Source: Collinsella sp. (GTDB taxonomy: Bacteria; Actinomycetota; Coriobacteriia; Coriobacteriales; Coriobacteriaceae). From it: a DNA stretch of 64,000 nt. Numbering within the stretch: the first letter of the stretch is position 1; each line of letters begins with the position of its first letter. The stretch is from assembly GCA_046976245.1 (NCBI GenBank), contig JBKWEB010000002.1, forward strand, positions 49,522-113,521, written 5' to 3'. Both the position numbers and the translations under genes were made by a program. The notes below the pieces were generated by a model. That model saw only the letters and a list, made by a program, of their open reading frames with translations. It had not been told where the DNA came from and ran no database searches. Of this stretch, positions 27,074 through 38,943 are shown piece by piece.

Positions 27074-28105
27074 CTAACGTAACATATGCGCGACCAGCTC
27101 GGCGCGTGTGCCGATGCCAAGCTTTGCGTATACGCTGGATAGGCGGTTTTTGACGGTGCCCGGCGATACTCCCATATGGCGTGCGATTTCGGCGTTGGTC
27201 CACCCACGACAGGCGAGCATGGCCATGGTGAATTCCGTGGTCGTTAGATCGTCGGCCACGTCCTCGCCCGAATCGGGGTTGTGGATGTGCCGCCAGCCGT
27301 AGCTGAAGCGGTACGTGATCTCGATGATGCGCGCGAAGTCGTCAGGGTATTGCGTTTTTAGGCATGCCTCGATAAGCCCCTGTAAAAGGCCGTGATGCTC
27401 GCCAATGAGCTCAATAAGGCCGTCGGGACGCGCAATGTCCCAAGCGGTTCCGAAGTGTGCCTTTGCGGCGTCGATGTCCTTGAGGCTCATGCATGCCATG
27501 GAGGCTGCCAGGTGCAGGAACAGTTCCGAGATCGGATAGCTTCCCTGTTTCATGATCAGGGCGTTTTCCGCCATGCCCAGACTGCGGCCGTATTCGCCGT
27601 GCAGATACAAGGCGTGCGCCATCACGTAGCTGGCGAACAAGCGCAGGCCTTCGGGTAGATGCGCCGCAAGCGGATAAAACTCTTCGGCAGAATACGGGGA
27701 AGGCAAGTGTAGCAGGACGCTTGCGGCCGAGGCGAACAGGATGTGCATGGCGTGGTCGGCGAGCGATTCCTCGTCAGTTGGCGTATCGAGGATGCCAGCA
27801 AGGCACCGGCGGGCGTCGGCGATACGGTTGAGCGACAGACTGGCGTATCCGCAGATAAAGCATGCGGAATAGCGCAGCGCGGGATCGGTGGCGTCAAGAT
27901 AGGGGCGCACCGTCTTGGCAGCGAGGGCGGCCTGTCCGCGAAAGTACAGCGCTTCTGCCGTGGCAATGGCGTGCGAATCGGGGTCGGAAATGCCTGCAAC
28001 CGCAGTGTCAATCTGCCCCGGCACAAAGGCGGTGCACATCAACGGCATGGGAACGCATGGGTAGCCATCGCAGTCCATCTTCCATCTCCCATCAGGTGGC
28101 AACAA
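27074..28105 (-). CDS. LuxR-family transcriptional regulator with N-terminal helical-repeat sensor region
   Basis: C-terminal TEFTMAMLACRGWTNAEIARHMGVSPGTVKNRLSSVYAKLGIGTRAELV (GerE/LuxR HTH). The start may be the internal ATG at 28078. Confidence 0.8.
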   Translation of the reverse strand: MLPPDGRWKMDCDGYPCVPMPLMCTAFVPGQIDTAVAGISDPDSHAIATAEALYFRGQAALAAKTVRPYLDATDPALRYSACFICGYASLSLNRIADARRCLAGILDTPTDEESLADHAMHILFASAASVLLHLPSPYSAEEFYPLAAHLPEGLRLFASYVMAHALYLHGEYGRSLGMAENALIMKQGSYPISELFLHLAASMACMSLKDIDAAKAHFGTAWDIARPDGLIELIGEHHGLLQGLIEACLKTQYPDDFARIIEITYRFSYGWRHIHNPDSGEDVADDLTTTEFTMAMLACRGWTNAEIARHMGVSPGTVKNRLSSVYAKLGIGTRAELVAHMLR

Positions 28106-28145
28106 TGCAGCAATTGTACTCCTGTTGCTCGGGACCCCTTTCGTT

Positions 28146-29297
28146 TTACTGTTCGGTTAACGCTGCGGATCGTTTTGGAAGGGTCGCGAGCATGGTAGTC
28201 CCGTTCTCGGAACTTGTTTCGACCTCTACCGTGCCACCGTGAAGTGCTGCAATCTCCCAAACAAGCGCTAGCCCGAGTCCTGCGCCGCCGTATGCCCTGC
28301 TGCGGGATTTATCTAGACGAAAGAACGGCTGGAAGATGCTCTCTCGGTACTGCTTGGGTATTCCCGGGCCCTCATCTTTGACTCGCAGGAGCACGTGGCT
28401 GTCGCTGTCGCTGATGGAGACATTGACAGTCGAGCCGGAGCGACTGTAACGGATGGCGTTTTCGGCCAGGTTGAACAGCAACCGATAGAGGAGCGTGTCG
28501 CTCCCGATTACTAAAGCGTCTCCAGCACAGTTGAGGGCTATGCTCCTATTTTCGGCAAGTGGCGCAAGGTCAGTGAGGACCTCTTCGGACAAGGGACCGA
28601 GTTCAACATCGTCCTCGCAAGGAACGCTGCGGAGCTCACTCATCTCAAGCAATACCTTGGTCATTCGAGACATGCGCTCGGTTTGTTCTTGTAGCAGGCC
28701 GAGCAGCTCGGCTGTTTCGGGTTGCAAACCGGAGTGCTCGGAGATGAATAGTTCAATCTGTGCTTGCATAAGGGCGAGCGGGGTGCGCAGCTCGTGTGCG
28801 GCGTTGCCGGTAAACTGACGCTGTGCAGAGAATCCTTCGCCAAGACGGGCGATCATGTCGTTGAAAGAGGCGCTGCATCGTTGTAGCTCGGTGGGCACAT
28901 CTTCACTGAGTCTGATTTCGCTTAGGTTGTCAGGCTGCACGCGCTCTACCTGGGCGGCGAAATCCCGTAGCGGTTTGAGTGCACGGCCGCTCACAAAGTA
29001 TGCCAGCACGCCGCCAAGGAGTGTGACTCCAGCCGTGATGTACCAGGCTGTCGTGCCAAAAGACTCCTGTGCGTCGTTTACGACGATCGTGACCCTGTCA
29101 TCGGGGACCGCTTTCGTCGGGTCGAACGCCTGGGGCGAATCTTCGCCGGTTGCGTTAAAGGCCGAGATGTTACTGCCGATGGCATCCATGTAGCGCATGC
29201 CCGTATAGCCGACCAGGCAGTTCGTCAGCACGCACGCCGCACACGTGAGCAGTGCCGTCATAATCGTTATGCGCCATTGCAGCGAAAGCCTTTTCAT
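28146..29297 (-). CDS. sensor histidine kinase (2 TM, HAMP, HisKA, HATPase_c)
   Basis: FTGNAAHELRTPL H-box, NLAENAIRYS N-box, GGAGLGLALV G-box. 4-nt overlap with the upstream response-regulator gene. Confidence 0.85.
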   Translation of the reverse strand: MKRLSLQWRITIMTALLTCAACVLTNCLVGYTGMRYMDAIGSNISAFNATGEDSPQAFDPTKAVPDDRVTIVVNDAQESFGTTAWYITAGVTLLGGVLAYFVSGRALKPLRDFAAQVERVQPDNLSEIRLSEDVPTELQRCSASFNDMIARLGEGFSAQRQFTGNAAHELRTPLALMQAQIELFISEHSGLQPETAELLGLLQEQTERMSRMTKVLLEMSELRSVPCEDDVELGPLSEEVLTDLAPLAENRSIALNCAGDALVIGSDTLLYRLLFNLAENAIRYSRSGSTVNVSISDSDSHVLLRVKDEGPGIPKQYRESIFQPFFRLDKSRSRAYGGAGLGLALVWEIAALHGGTVEVETSSENGTTMLATLPKRSAALTEQ

Positions 29298-29968
29298 TCG
29301 CTATCCTCCATAACGTAGCCCTCTCCAATCCGATTGCGAATCGGGTCGTATCCCAAAGCGCTGCGTAGCTTTTTGCGGAGTGACGAGATATGAACGCGGG
29401 TTGCGTTGCTAAAGCTGTTTACGCTGCTATCCCAAACGTGCTCGATAAGCTCCTCTTGACTTACCGGACGCCCCTGATTAAGCATCAGGTATTCCAAGAT
29501 TCCCGTTTCCTTGCGCGTAAGAGATAAAGCCTCGCTGTCCACGGAAGCGATGCGCGCCTTGGTGTCAAAGCTGAGCTTTCCGCAGGTTAAAACTACGTCG
29601 CTTTGTGTAAAGCGTCTTAGGGTAAGGCTGCGAATCCTTGCCGCAAGCTCGTCCAGATGAAACGGCTTGGTGAGGTAATCGTTGGCGCCGGCATCGAGTC
29701 CGGCGACTTTATCGGATACTCCGCCACGTGCGGACAGAATCAGTACCTTGGTCTCGCAGTCGGTTTTCCTAAGTTCCCTGAGCACAGTCATGCCGTCGAT
29801 ACGGGGGAGATTGAGGTCGAGTACCACGAGGTCGAAGGCCTCAACGTCCAGTAGGTCGAGCGCCTCCTGTCCGTCGTGACAGCAGTCGACGCTGTACGCC
29901 AAGTTTCGCAAGCTGCGCGCGATTGCATCGCACAGTGCTCGCTCGTCTTCGACGATCAAAATACGCAT
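29294..29968 (-). CDS. OmpR/PhoB-family response regulator
   Basis: MRILIVEDE..DLVVLDLNLP, with a C-terminal winged helix (LTRKETGILEYLM...GEGYVM). AAGGAG RBS before the ATG at 29968. Confidence 0.9.
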   Translation of the reverse strand: MRILIVEDERALCDAIARSLRNLAYSVDCCHDGQEALDLLDVEAFDLVVLDLNLPRIDGMTVLRELRKTDCETKVLILSARGGVSDKVAGLDAGANDYLTKPFHLDELAARIRSLTLRRFTQSDVVLTCGKLSFDTKARIASVDSEALSLTRKETGILEYLMLNQGRPVSQEELIEHVWDSSVNSFSNATRVHISSLRKKLRSALGYDPIRNRIGEGYVMEDSE

Positions 29969-30058
29969 AACAGTCTCCTTGCACATTTCAAATCGCGCTT
30001 AACACGGATTTTATAGCCGATATGGTCCAATGGTCGCGTAACGAAAGGAGTGGTCGAG

Positions 30059-30205
30059 TTGTTCAAAGCGGTAAAACCCGTGGTACAGGTCGCTTTGTTG
30101 ATCGTCGGAATCACCATGGTGTGCTTTGGTGTTATGCGTGGCGAGGCGGATGCCGTGCTGGCCAAAGCGATTAGGCTGTGCTTGGAGTGTATCGGAATTG
30201 GATAA
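30059..30205 (+). CDS. small membrane peptide with C-terminal CxxC (CD1871A-like)
   Basis: Not in the ORF track (48 aa). AAAGGAG then TTG at 30059: LFKAVKPVVQVALLIVGITMVCFGVMRGEADAVLAKAIRLCLECIGIG. Overlaps the next gene by 8 nt. Confidence 0.55.
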   Translation: MFKAVKPVVQVALLIVGITMVCFGVMRGEADAVLAKAIRLCLECIGIG

Positions 30206-31100
30206 AAGAGAAAACACTGCGTCGCATGTTTTGGCCCGATTTCGCGGATTCATTCAGGCGGCGGCGACGCTCGTCACCAACATTCACCTGCCAAACTTTG
30301 CCAAAGGCGGCATCTATCAGGGCGCGGGAAAAACAGTCTGCGTACCCGGGCTTAACTGCTATTCGTGCCCCGCGGCATCGGGTGCGTGCCCCATCGGGTC
30401 GTTCCAGTCGGTAGTAGGTTCATCCAAGTTCAACTTTTCTTACTATGTTACCGGTGCGCTCATTTTGCTCGGCGTGCTGCTGGGACGCTTTGTATGCGGC
30501 TTTCTGTGCCCGTTTGGCTGGCTGCAGGAGCTGCTGCACAAGATTCCCGGAAAAAAGTTCTCCACGAAAAAGCTCAAGCCACTCACGTACATCAAGTACG
30601 TCGTGCTGCTGTTTGCCGTGGTGCTGCTGCCCGTCTTGGTGATTAACGACGTGGGCATGGGCGACCCGTTCTTTTGTAAGTACATCTGTCCGCAGGGCGT
30701 GCTCGAGGGCGCCATTCCGCTGGCCATTGCCAATGCCGGCATTCGATCTGCGTTGGGACAGCTCTTTACTTGGAAACTTGTCGTTCTCATTGCCGTGGTA
30801 GTGCTGAGCGTTTTGTTCTACCGCCCCTTCTGCAAATGGATTTGTCCACTCGGTGCATTCTATGCGCTTATGAATAGGGTGTCCCTATTGGGGATTCGGG
30901 TTGACGCATGCAAATGTGTCTCGTGCGGCAAGTGCTCAAAGGTTTGTCAGATGGACGTTGATGTGGTCCGGGCGCCCAATCATGCCGAATGTATCCGGTG
31001 CGGAAAGTGCATCGGGGCCTGTCCCGTCGATGCCATCAGCTATCGCTATGGCCTGGATGTGTCGGCGGAAAAGCTCCCCTTGACCGCCGATAAAAAGTAA
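30198..31100 (+). CDS. membrane-bound 4Fe-4S binding protein (NapH/MauN-like polyferredoxin)
   Basis: CYSCPAASGACPIG, several TM segments, C-terminal CVSCGKCSKVCQ and CIRCGKCIGACP. Start is uncertain (TTG at 30198 proposed; the ORF opens at 30126). Confidence 0.75.
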   Translation: MDKRENTASHVLARFRGFIQAAATLVTNIHLPNFAKGGIYQGAGKTVCVPGLNCYSCPAASGACPIGSFQSVVGSSKFNFSYYVTGALILLGVLLGRFVCGFLCPFGWLQELLHKIPGKKFSTKKLKPLTYIKYVVLLFAVVLLPVLVINDVGMGDPFFCKYICPQGVLEGAIPLAIANAGIRSALGQLFTWKLVVLIAVVVLSVLFYRPFCKWICPLGAFYALMNRVSLLGIRVDACKCVSCGKCSKVCQMDVDVVRAPNHAECIRCGKCIGACPVDAISYRYGLDVSAEKLPLTADKK

Positions 31101-31124
31101 ACAAGCTTCGACAATAACGGAGGA

Positions 31125-32102
31125 ATGACTATGAAGCTTTCTAAGATTGCGGCCCTGTTTATGGTGCCGGTATTGGCCTTGTGCCTTGTGGCATGTTCGG
31201 CGCCCGGTGGCAATGCGAGCGAATCTGCGAGCTCCGATCCTAAGATCGCAGAACTCACTGCGCAGAAGCCGGCCAATGCCGACGAGGCCGCCGAGCTGTA
31301 TGCGAAGCTCATGCAGAAGGAGAACGAGATCTTTTCGAGTGATAACGCGCTGTGGGAAAAGGTATTCAATGCAGCAAATAAAGACTCGGCAATGATTGAG
31401 GATGGCAGCAATTACGGCGATTTCCTGCTCAAGACCATCGACGGCGCTAAGGATGAGTTTACGGCGGATGAGCTTAAGACGCTCAAGGCTGGTGCACAGC
31501 AGATCAAGGAGATCGAGGACAAGCTCGAGAGCCTGGAGAAGGAGTTCCCCGGCTGTGGAAGCACGCCGAGTGCAGGCGAGAGCGTCGACGCTTCGACCGC
31601 TGGCATGACGGCTGGTGCCAATGCTTCGAGCGAGGCGACGAAGTTCCCCAGCTTTACGGGCAAAGACCTGGATGGCAACGACGTGAACAGCGACGAGCTG
31701 TTCTCTAAGAACAAGGTCACCGTCATGAACTTCTGGTTCACTACTTGCAAGCCGTGCGTGGGCGAGCTGGGCGATCTTGAGAAGCTGAATCAGGAGCTTG
31801 CCGAGAAGGGCGGCCAGGTCGTGGGCGTCAATTCCTTTACGCTCGATGGCAACAAGGGCGAGATCGCAGATGCCAAGGACGTGCTGAGCAAGAAGGGCGT
31901 GACATATAAGAACATCTGGTTCAAGTCGGATAGCGAGGCCGGTAAGTTCACGTCAAATTTGTTCTCGTTCCCGACAACGTATGTCATCGATCAGAACGGC
32001 AACATCGTAGGGGATCCAATCGTGGGAGCCATCAGCTCCGCCGAGCAGCGCGCAGCACTCGACAAGCTTATCGACCAGGCGATTGCGAATAGCGAGCAGT
32101 AA
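31125..32102 (+). CDS. TlpA/redoxin-family thiol:disulfide oxidoreductase lipoprotein
   Basis: Lipobox LALCLVAC|S. A long acidic linker, then a thioredoxin fold with WFTTCKPC. Confidence 0.8.
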   Translation: MTMKLSKIAALFMVPVLALCLVACSAPGGNASESASSDPKIAELTAQKPANADEAAELYAKLMQKENEIFSSDNALWEKVFNAANKDSAMIEDGSNYGDFLLKTIDGAKDEFTADELKTLKAGAQQIKEIEDKLESLEKEFPGCGSTPSAGESVDASTAGMTAGANASSEATKFPSFTGKDLDGNDVNSDELFSKNKVTVMNFWFTTCKPCVGELGDLEKLNQELAEKGGQVVGVNSFTLDGNKGEIADAKDVLSKKGVTYKNIWFKSDSEAGKFTSNLFSFPTTYVIDQNGNIVGDPIVGAISSAEQRAALDKLIDQAIANSEQ

Positions 32103-32181
32103 AAAACGCGTAAAGCATGGCGAGGATCGTGCGCCGCTGTGCGGAGTAGTCCGCTGCCTTTCAAGATAATCTCCACCATAT

Positions 32182-32209
32182 AGAGGTCCCGCTCGGGGCC
32201 TCTTCTTTT
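32182..32209 (+). terminator. rho-independent terminator-like hairpin (short) after the TlpA-like gene
   Basis: AGAGGTCCC / GGGGCCTCT stem, GCTC loop, then TCTTTT. Confidence 0.5.
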
Positions 32210-32355
32210 AGGCGCCGTCCCGTTCGTTTTTTGATGCGGTTCCCTACATTCCTCACTGGTGTCGGTGAAAAATGGGGATAGAGTAGGACAAACGCGTCGA
32301 ATACGAACGGCGGGGGAGAGCGGGCAGGGTGCCTGCGCAGGAGAGGTTGCCGTCC

Positions 32356-35613
<3,258 letters not shown>

Positions 35614-35614
35614 T

Positions 35615-35641
35615 GTGACAAAGGGACAACCCTTTTGTCAC
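35615..35641 (+). terminator. hairpin immediately after the ABC gene stop
   Basis: GTGACAAAGGG / CCCTTTTGTCAC arms with a 4-nt loop. No clear U-tract. Confidence 0.4.
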
Positions 35642-35731
35642 GGCTAAAAGCAAGGAAGTCGCAAGGGTTGGGGCGGGGTTGTCGGCGAGTGCCCTCGGAT
35701 ACAATCGAAGCCGTGCTAGAAAGAGGCTTCG

Positions 35732-38176
35732 ATGATTAGAAAATCGTTCTTTAATCCGTTCTCGTCGCTGCTGCTTGCGCTTGCCGGGCTGGCTTTTTTG
35801 GTCGATGTCCTGCCGCAGGTGGAAGGCCAGACGGGCGTGTTCGCGCCAGCTGTGCTCTTTTTGATGTGGCTGGTGGGCGGCCTGGTGCGCCTGTTTTACG
35901 AAAATGAGGCCAAGCGCAGCTTTGATCGCCATATGTTTAAAGCGAACCACGCGGCCGTTTGGAAACGCGTCGATGCGTGTTGGATTCAAGTTGATGCCGA
36001 CCGGCTTGTGCCCGGCGACGTCGTCCGCCTATATGCCGGCATGCTCTGCCCGGTCGACGTGACCCTTGCCAAGGGCGACCAGGTCCTTGTCTCGGAATCG
36101 TCGCTTACAGGCGAGAGCGGTCAGACCGCCAAGCGGGAAGGGGAGACCGTTCGCGCGGGAACGACCATTGTCGACGGCAAGGCGTCGGCAACCGTCCTCG
36201 CCCGCATTGCCGATGAGCAGCCCGTTTTGCGCCGTCGCGCTCGAATGGGCACACAGTTTGGTGCCGGCGCCAAGAGCATCTGCGCCGCCCTGGTAAGATG
36301 CATGCTCATCGTACTGCCGTTTGTCATTATGATTCGAGGCTTTGTGCTGGGCGACTGGGCGCAGGCACTGCTGTTTGCCCTGGGCACGGCCGTGGGCCTG
36401 GTTCCCGAAATGCTGCCGGTTGTCACGAGCGTTTGCCTTTCGGGCAGTGCCCATCGACTAAAAAACAAGCAGGTCATCGTTAAGAACGTTGACGCCATGG
36501 AGTCACTGGGCTCCATGGACGTGGTGTGCGTTGACAAGACAGGCACGCTCACCGAAGATGCCGCGGTGCTCGAGTACTACACCGATATCCTGGGCAACGA
36601 AAGCGAGCAGACGCTCAACCTGGCGTATCTGGAGAGCACGAGCCAGGGGGCCGCTGCCAATCAGCTCAATCGGGCCATTGCCGATGCGTGCGCGGCACCC
36701 GAGCTGCACCTTGCCGCGAAAGACCTTGGCCACGCCTTTGCACTGCATGCCTCTGACCCCTTCGACCACGTCACCAAGGCTTCGGGTGTCAAGCTCGACG
36801 CCACGCCCGGGGCGCTTGGTTGTTTGGGGCTACAGGTTCGCCCCGGCAATCATCTGACCATCGTAAAGGGCGAGGTTGAAAGCGTGTGCACACGCTGCGC
36901 CTGGGCAAACTTTAAGGGCGAGCTGGTGCCCATGGATGCCGATGGCCGTCAGAGCGCCTACGAGGTTGCCGAGGACATGCGCGCCGATGGCATCAAAGTG
37001 CTCGCCGTCGCCTATAGCACGACGTCGGCGGACTGGGATGACCTGGTGCTGTGCGGCTTTTTGGGCTTTTTCGATCGGCCCAAGGCGAGCGCTCGTGCCG
37101 CCGTGCAGGCGCTGTCTAACCTTTCCGTCGAGGTGCGCGTGCTCACGGGTGATTCGGCTTCGGTCGCTCGCTCAACATGCTCGCGCCTGGGCATTCCCGC
37201 CGATAGCGTTATCACCGGCAGCATGCTTCAGGCCATGGAGGAATCCGAAGCGCTGATCCGGGTGGGGAAGGCTCGCGTGTTTGCCGAGCTTACGCCCGCA
37301 CAGAAGGCGCAGATCGTTAGCCTGATTCGCCTCTCCGGCCACATCGTCGGCTATATCGGAGACGGCGTGAACGACGTGCCGGCGCTCACATCGGCAGACG
37401 TCGGCATTGTCGTGGACTCGGCTGCGGCCGAATCCAAAAAGGTGGCCGACCTGGTGCTGCTCGAGCGCGACTTGGGTGTTGTCGCCGAGGGCGTCAGCGA
37501 GGGCAGGACTTCGTTCGCCAATGCCTCCAAGTACATCCGTATCGCATCGAGCTCCAACTTTGGCAATATCTGTTCGGTTGCCGCCTCGAGCATTTTCCTG
37601 CCCTTTGTGCCGGCAACCGCTACCCAGCTGCTCTTGCTCAATCTGTGCTACGACGCCACCTGCCTGGCGCTTTCGTGGGATAACGTTGACGATGCAGAGA
37701 TTGCCCGCCCCAGGGCCTGGTCGGGTAAGGGGCTCGGCAGCTTTATGCTTCATTTTGGCTTTGCGAGCTCGGCCTTCGACATCATTACGTTTGCCATTCT
37801 GTTCTTGGGCGTATGCCCCGCCGTCTGCGGCGCGCCCTTTGCCGCGCTCGACGCGGCGGGTCGAGCGGCCTTTATCGCGACCTTCCAAGCCGGCTGGCTG
37901 CTGGAATGCGCATGGACCGAATCGCTCGTGCTCCTGGTGTTGCGAACGCGCAGTGTCCGCGACGGGGATCGTCCTTGCACACCGCTCGTGGTGATGGTTG
38001 CCGTCATGCTCGTTGTCACGGCGCTCCTTGCGCTCAGTCCGGTGGCGCAGCTGTTTTGGCTCGCCACGCTGCCTGTATGGTATCTGGGCATCGTTGCGCT
38101 GCTGAGCGTGTTGTATCTTGTTGTTGCTTCGACGATCAAGCGGGTCTATCTGGCCCGCTCGAGCAGCTTGTTCTAG
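35732..38176 (+). CDS. MgtA-like cation-transporting P-type ATPase (shortened N-terminus)
   Basis: CVDKTGTLTED phosphorylation site, VLTGDS, GDGVNDVPAL. 814 aa versus about 920 for the downstream paralog. Confidence 0.8.
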   Translation: MIRKSFFNPFSSLLLALAGLAFLVDVLPQVEGQTGVFAPAVLFLMWLVGGLVRLFYENEAKRSFDRHMFKANHAAVWKRVDACWIQVDADRLVPGDVVRLYAGMLCPVDVTLAKGDQVLVSESSLTGESGQTAKREGETVRAGTTIVDGKASATVLARIADEQPVLRRRARMGTQFGAGAKSICAALVRCMLIVLPFVIMIRGFVLGDWAQALLFALGTAVGLVPEMLPVVTSVCLSGSAHRLKNKQVIVKNVDAMESLGSMDVVCVDKTGTLTEDAAVLEYYTDILGNESEQTLNLAYLESTSQGAAANQLNRAIADACAAPELHLAAKDLGHAFALHASDPFDHVTKASGVKLDATPGALGCLGLQVRPGNHLTIVKGEVESVCTRCAWANFKGELVPMDADGRQSAYEVAEDMRADGIKVLAVAYSTTSADWDDLVLCGFLGFFDRPKASARAAVQALSNLSVEVRVLTGDSASVARSTCSRLGIPADSVITGSMLQAMEESEALIRVGKARVFAELTPAQKAQIVSLIRLSGHIVGYIGDGVNDVPALTSADVGIVVDSAAAESKKVADLVLLERDLGVVAEGVSEGRTSFANASKYIRIASSSNFGNICSVAASSIFLPFVPATATQLLLLNLCYDATCLALSWDNVDDAEIARPRAWSGKGLGSFMLHFGFASSAFDIITFAILFLGVCPAVCGAPFAALDAAGRAAFIATFQAGWLLECAWTESLVLLVLRTRSVRDGDRPCTPLVVMVAVMLVVTALLALSPVAQLFWLATLPVWYLGIVALLSVLYLVVASTIKRVYLARSSSLF

Positions 38177-38185
38177 GGCGGTTCT

Positions 38186-38668
38186 ATGCGTACCAACAGA
38201 ACCAACATCGCGATTACGCCGGCCGAGGCCGCCGAGCTCAGCAGCGCGCTGTTCTCGTCTGGCAGCGCTGCCGCCCTGGAGCTCGCGCCCGTGTTTGCCG
38301 ATATCGCATCGGGCAAGCTGACTGCTATCGAGCTGGCGGTTGCCGGCTCGCAGGCAAGTGCCGCCACTGGACCCATCGTTATCGGCGAGCTTTCGATCGA
38401 CCTGGCCTCGCGCACCGTCAAGGTGTCGGACGCGCCGGTCTCGCTCACGCCCAAGGAGTTCGACATCCTTGCCTTTTTGGCGAGCAACCGGGGTACGGTC
38501 TTTAGCAAAGAGGAAATCTACCGGGCGGTGTGGCAAAACGAGTATCTGCTCGATGACAGCAACATCATGGCCTTCGTCCGCAAAATTCGAAAGAAGATTG
38601 AGCCCGAACCAGACAACCCCCACTACCTGCTGACTGTATGGGGCGTGGGCTACAAAATGGCCGAGTAA
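38186..38668 (+). CDS. stand-alone OmpR/PhoB-type winged-helix DNA-binding protein (no receiver domain)
   Basis: C-terminal LTPKEFDILAFLASNRGTVFSKEEIYRAVW...IMAFVRKIRKKIE...LLTVWGVGYKM. The N-terminal ~70 aa are Ala/Ser-rich with no REC motifs. Confidence 0.75.
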   Translation: MRTNRTNIAITPAEAAELSSALFSSGSAAALELAPVFADIASGKLTAIELAVAGSQASAATGPIVIGELSIDLASRTVKVSDAPVSLTPKEFDILAFLASNRGTVFSKEEIYRAVWQNEYLLDDSNIMAFVRKIRKKIEPEPDNPHYLLTVWGVGYKMAE

Positions 38669-38732
38669 CGCTTCGGGTATTCGCTCCCATCGATCCAAAT
38701 AGTCACTTTGACAATCCTTGCCAAATCGCAAG

Positions 38733-38780
38733 AAAGCCGCAAGAAACCAGCCATGTGCTCGGTCTTGCGGCTTTTCTATT
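38733..38780 (+). terminator. rho-independent terminator
   Basis: AAAGCCGCAAGA / TCTTGCGGCTTT perfect 12-bp stem with an 18-nt loop, followed by TTCTATTCT. Confidence 0.7.
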
Positions 38781-38805
38781 CTGTAGACAGTCGCGGACGC
38801 GAAAG

Positions 38806-38925
38806 AGAGGTGAGGACCGTGAGCGGCAGTGACAGTACCAGTAACGCAGGACGAAGTTGCCGGCGCGGGTCCACTTTGATGGGGGCGCGCGGCTGATTCG
38901 CCCTGCGTCCGATCGATAGAACGGA
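38806..38925 (+). ncRNA. candidate M-box (Mg2+) riboswitch leader of mgtA
   Basis: AGGTGAGGAC near the 5' end and TTTGATGGGGGC in the middle resemble the conserved AGGUGAGGC and AAUGGG blocks. Location directly upstream of an MgtA gene fits. Match judged by eye only. Confidence 0.3.
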
Positions 38926-38943
38926 GCGAGGCAATTGAAGAAG

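Noticed and set aside
26919-27203. The upstream 95 codons of the giant ORF as listed in the track (start at 27203)
   Set aside because: That N-terminal stretch is Arg-rich, overlaps the LuxR gene's 3' end and has no signal peptide. The ATG at 26918 has a GGGAG RBS and is immediately followed by a twin-arginine-type signal.
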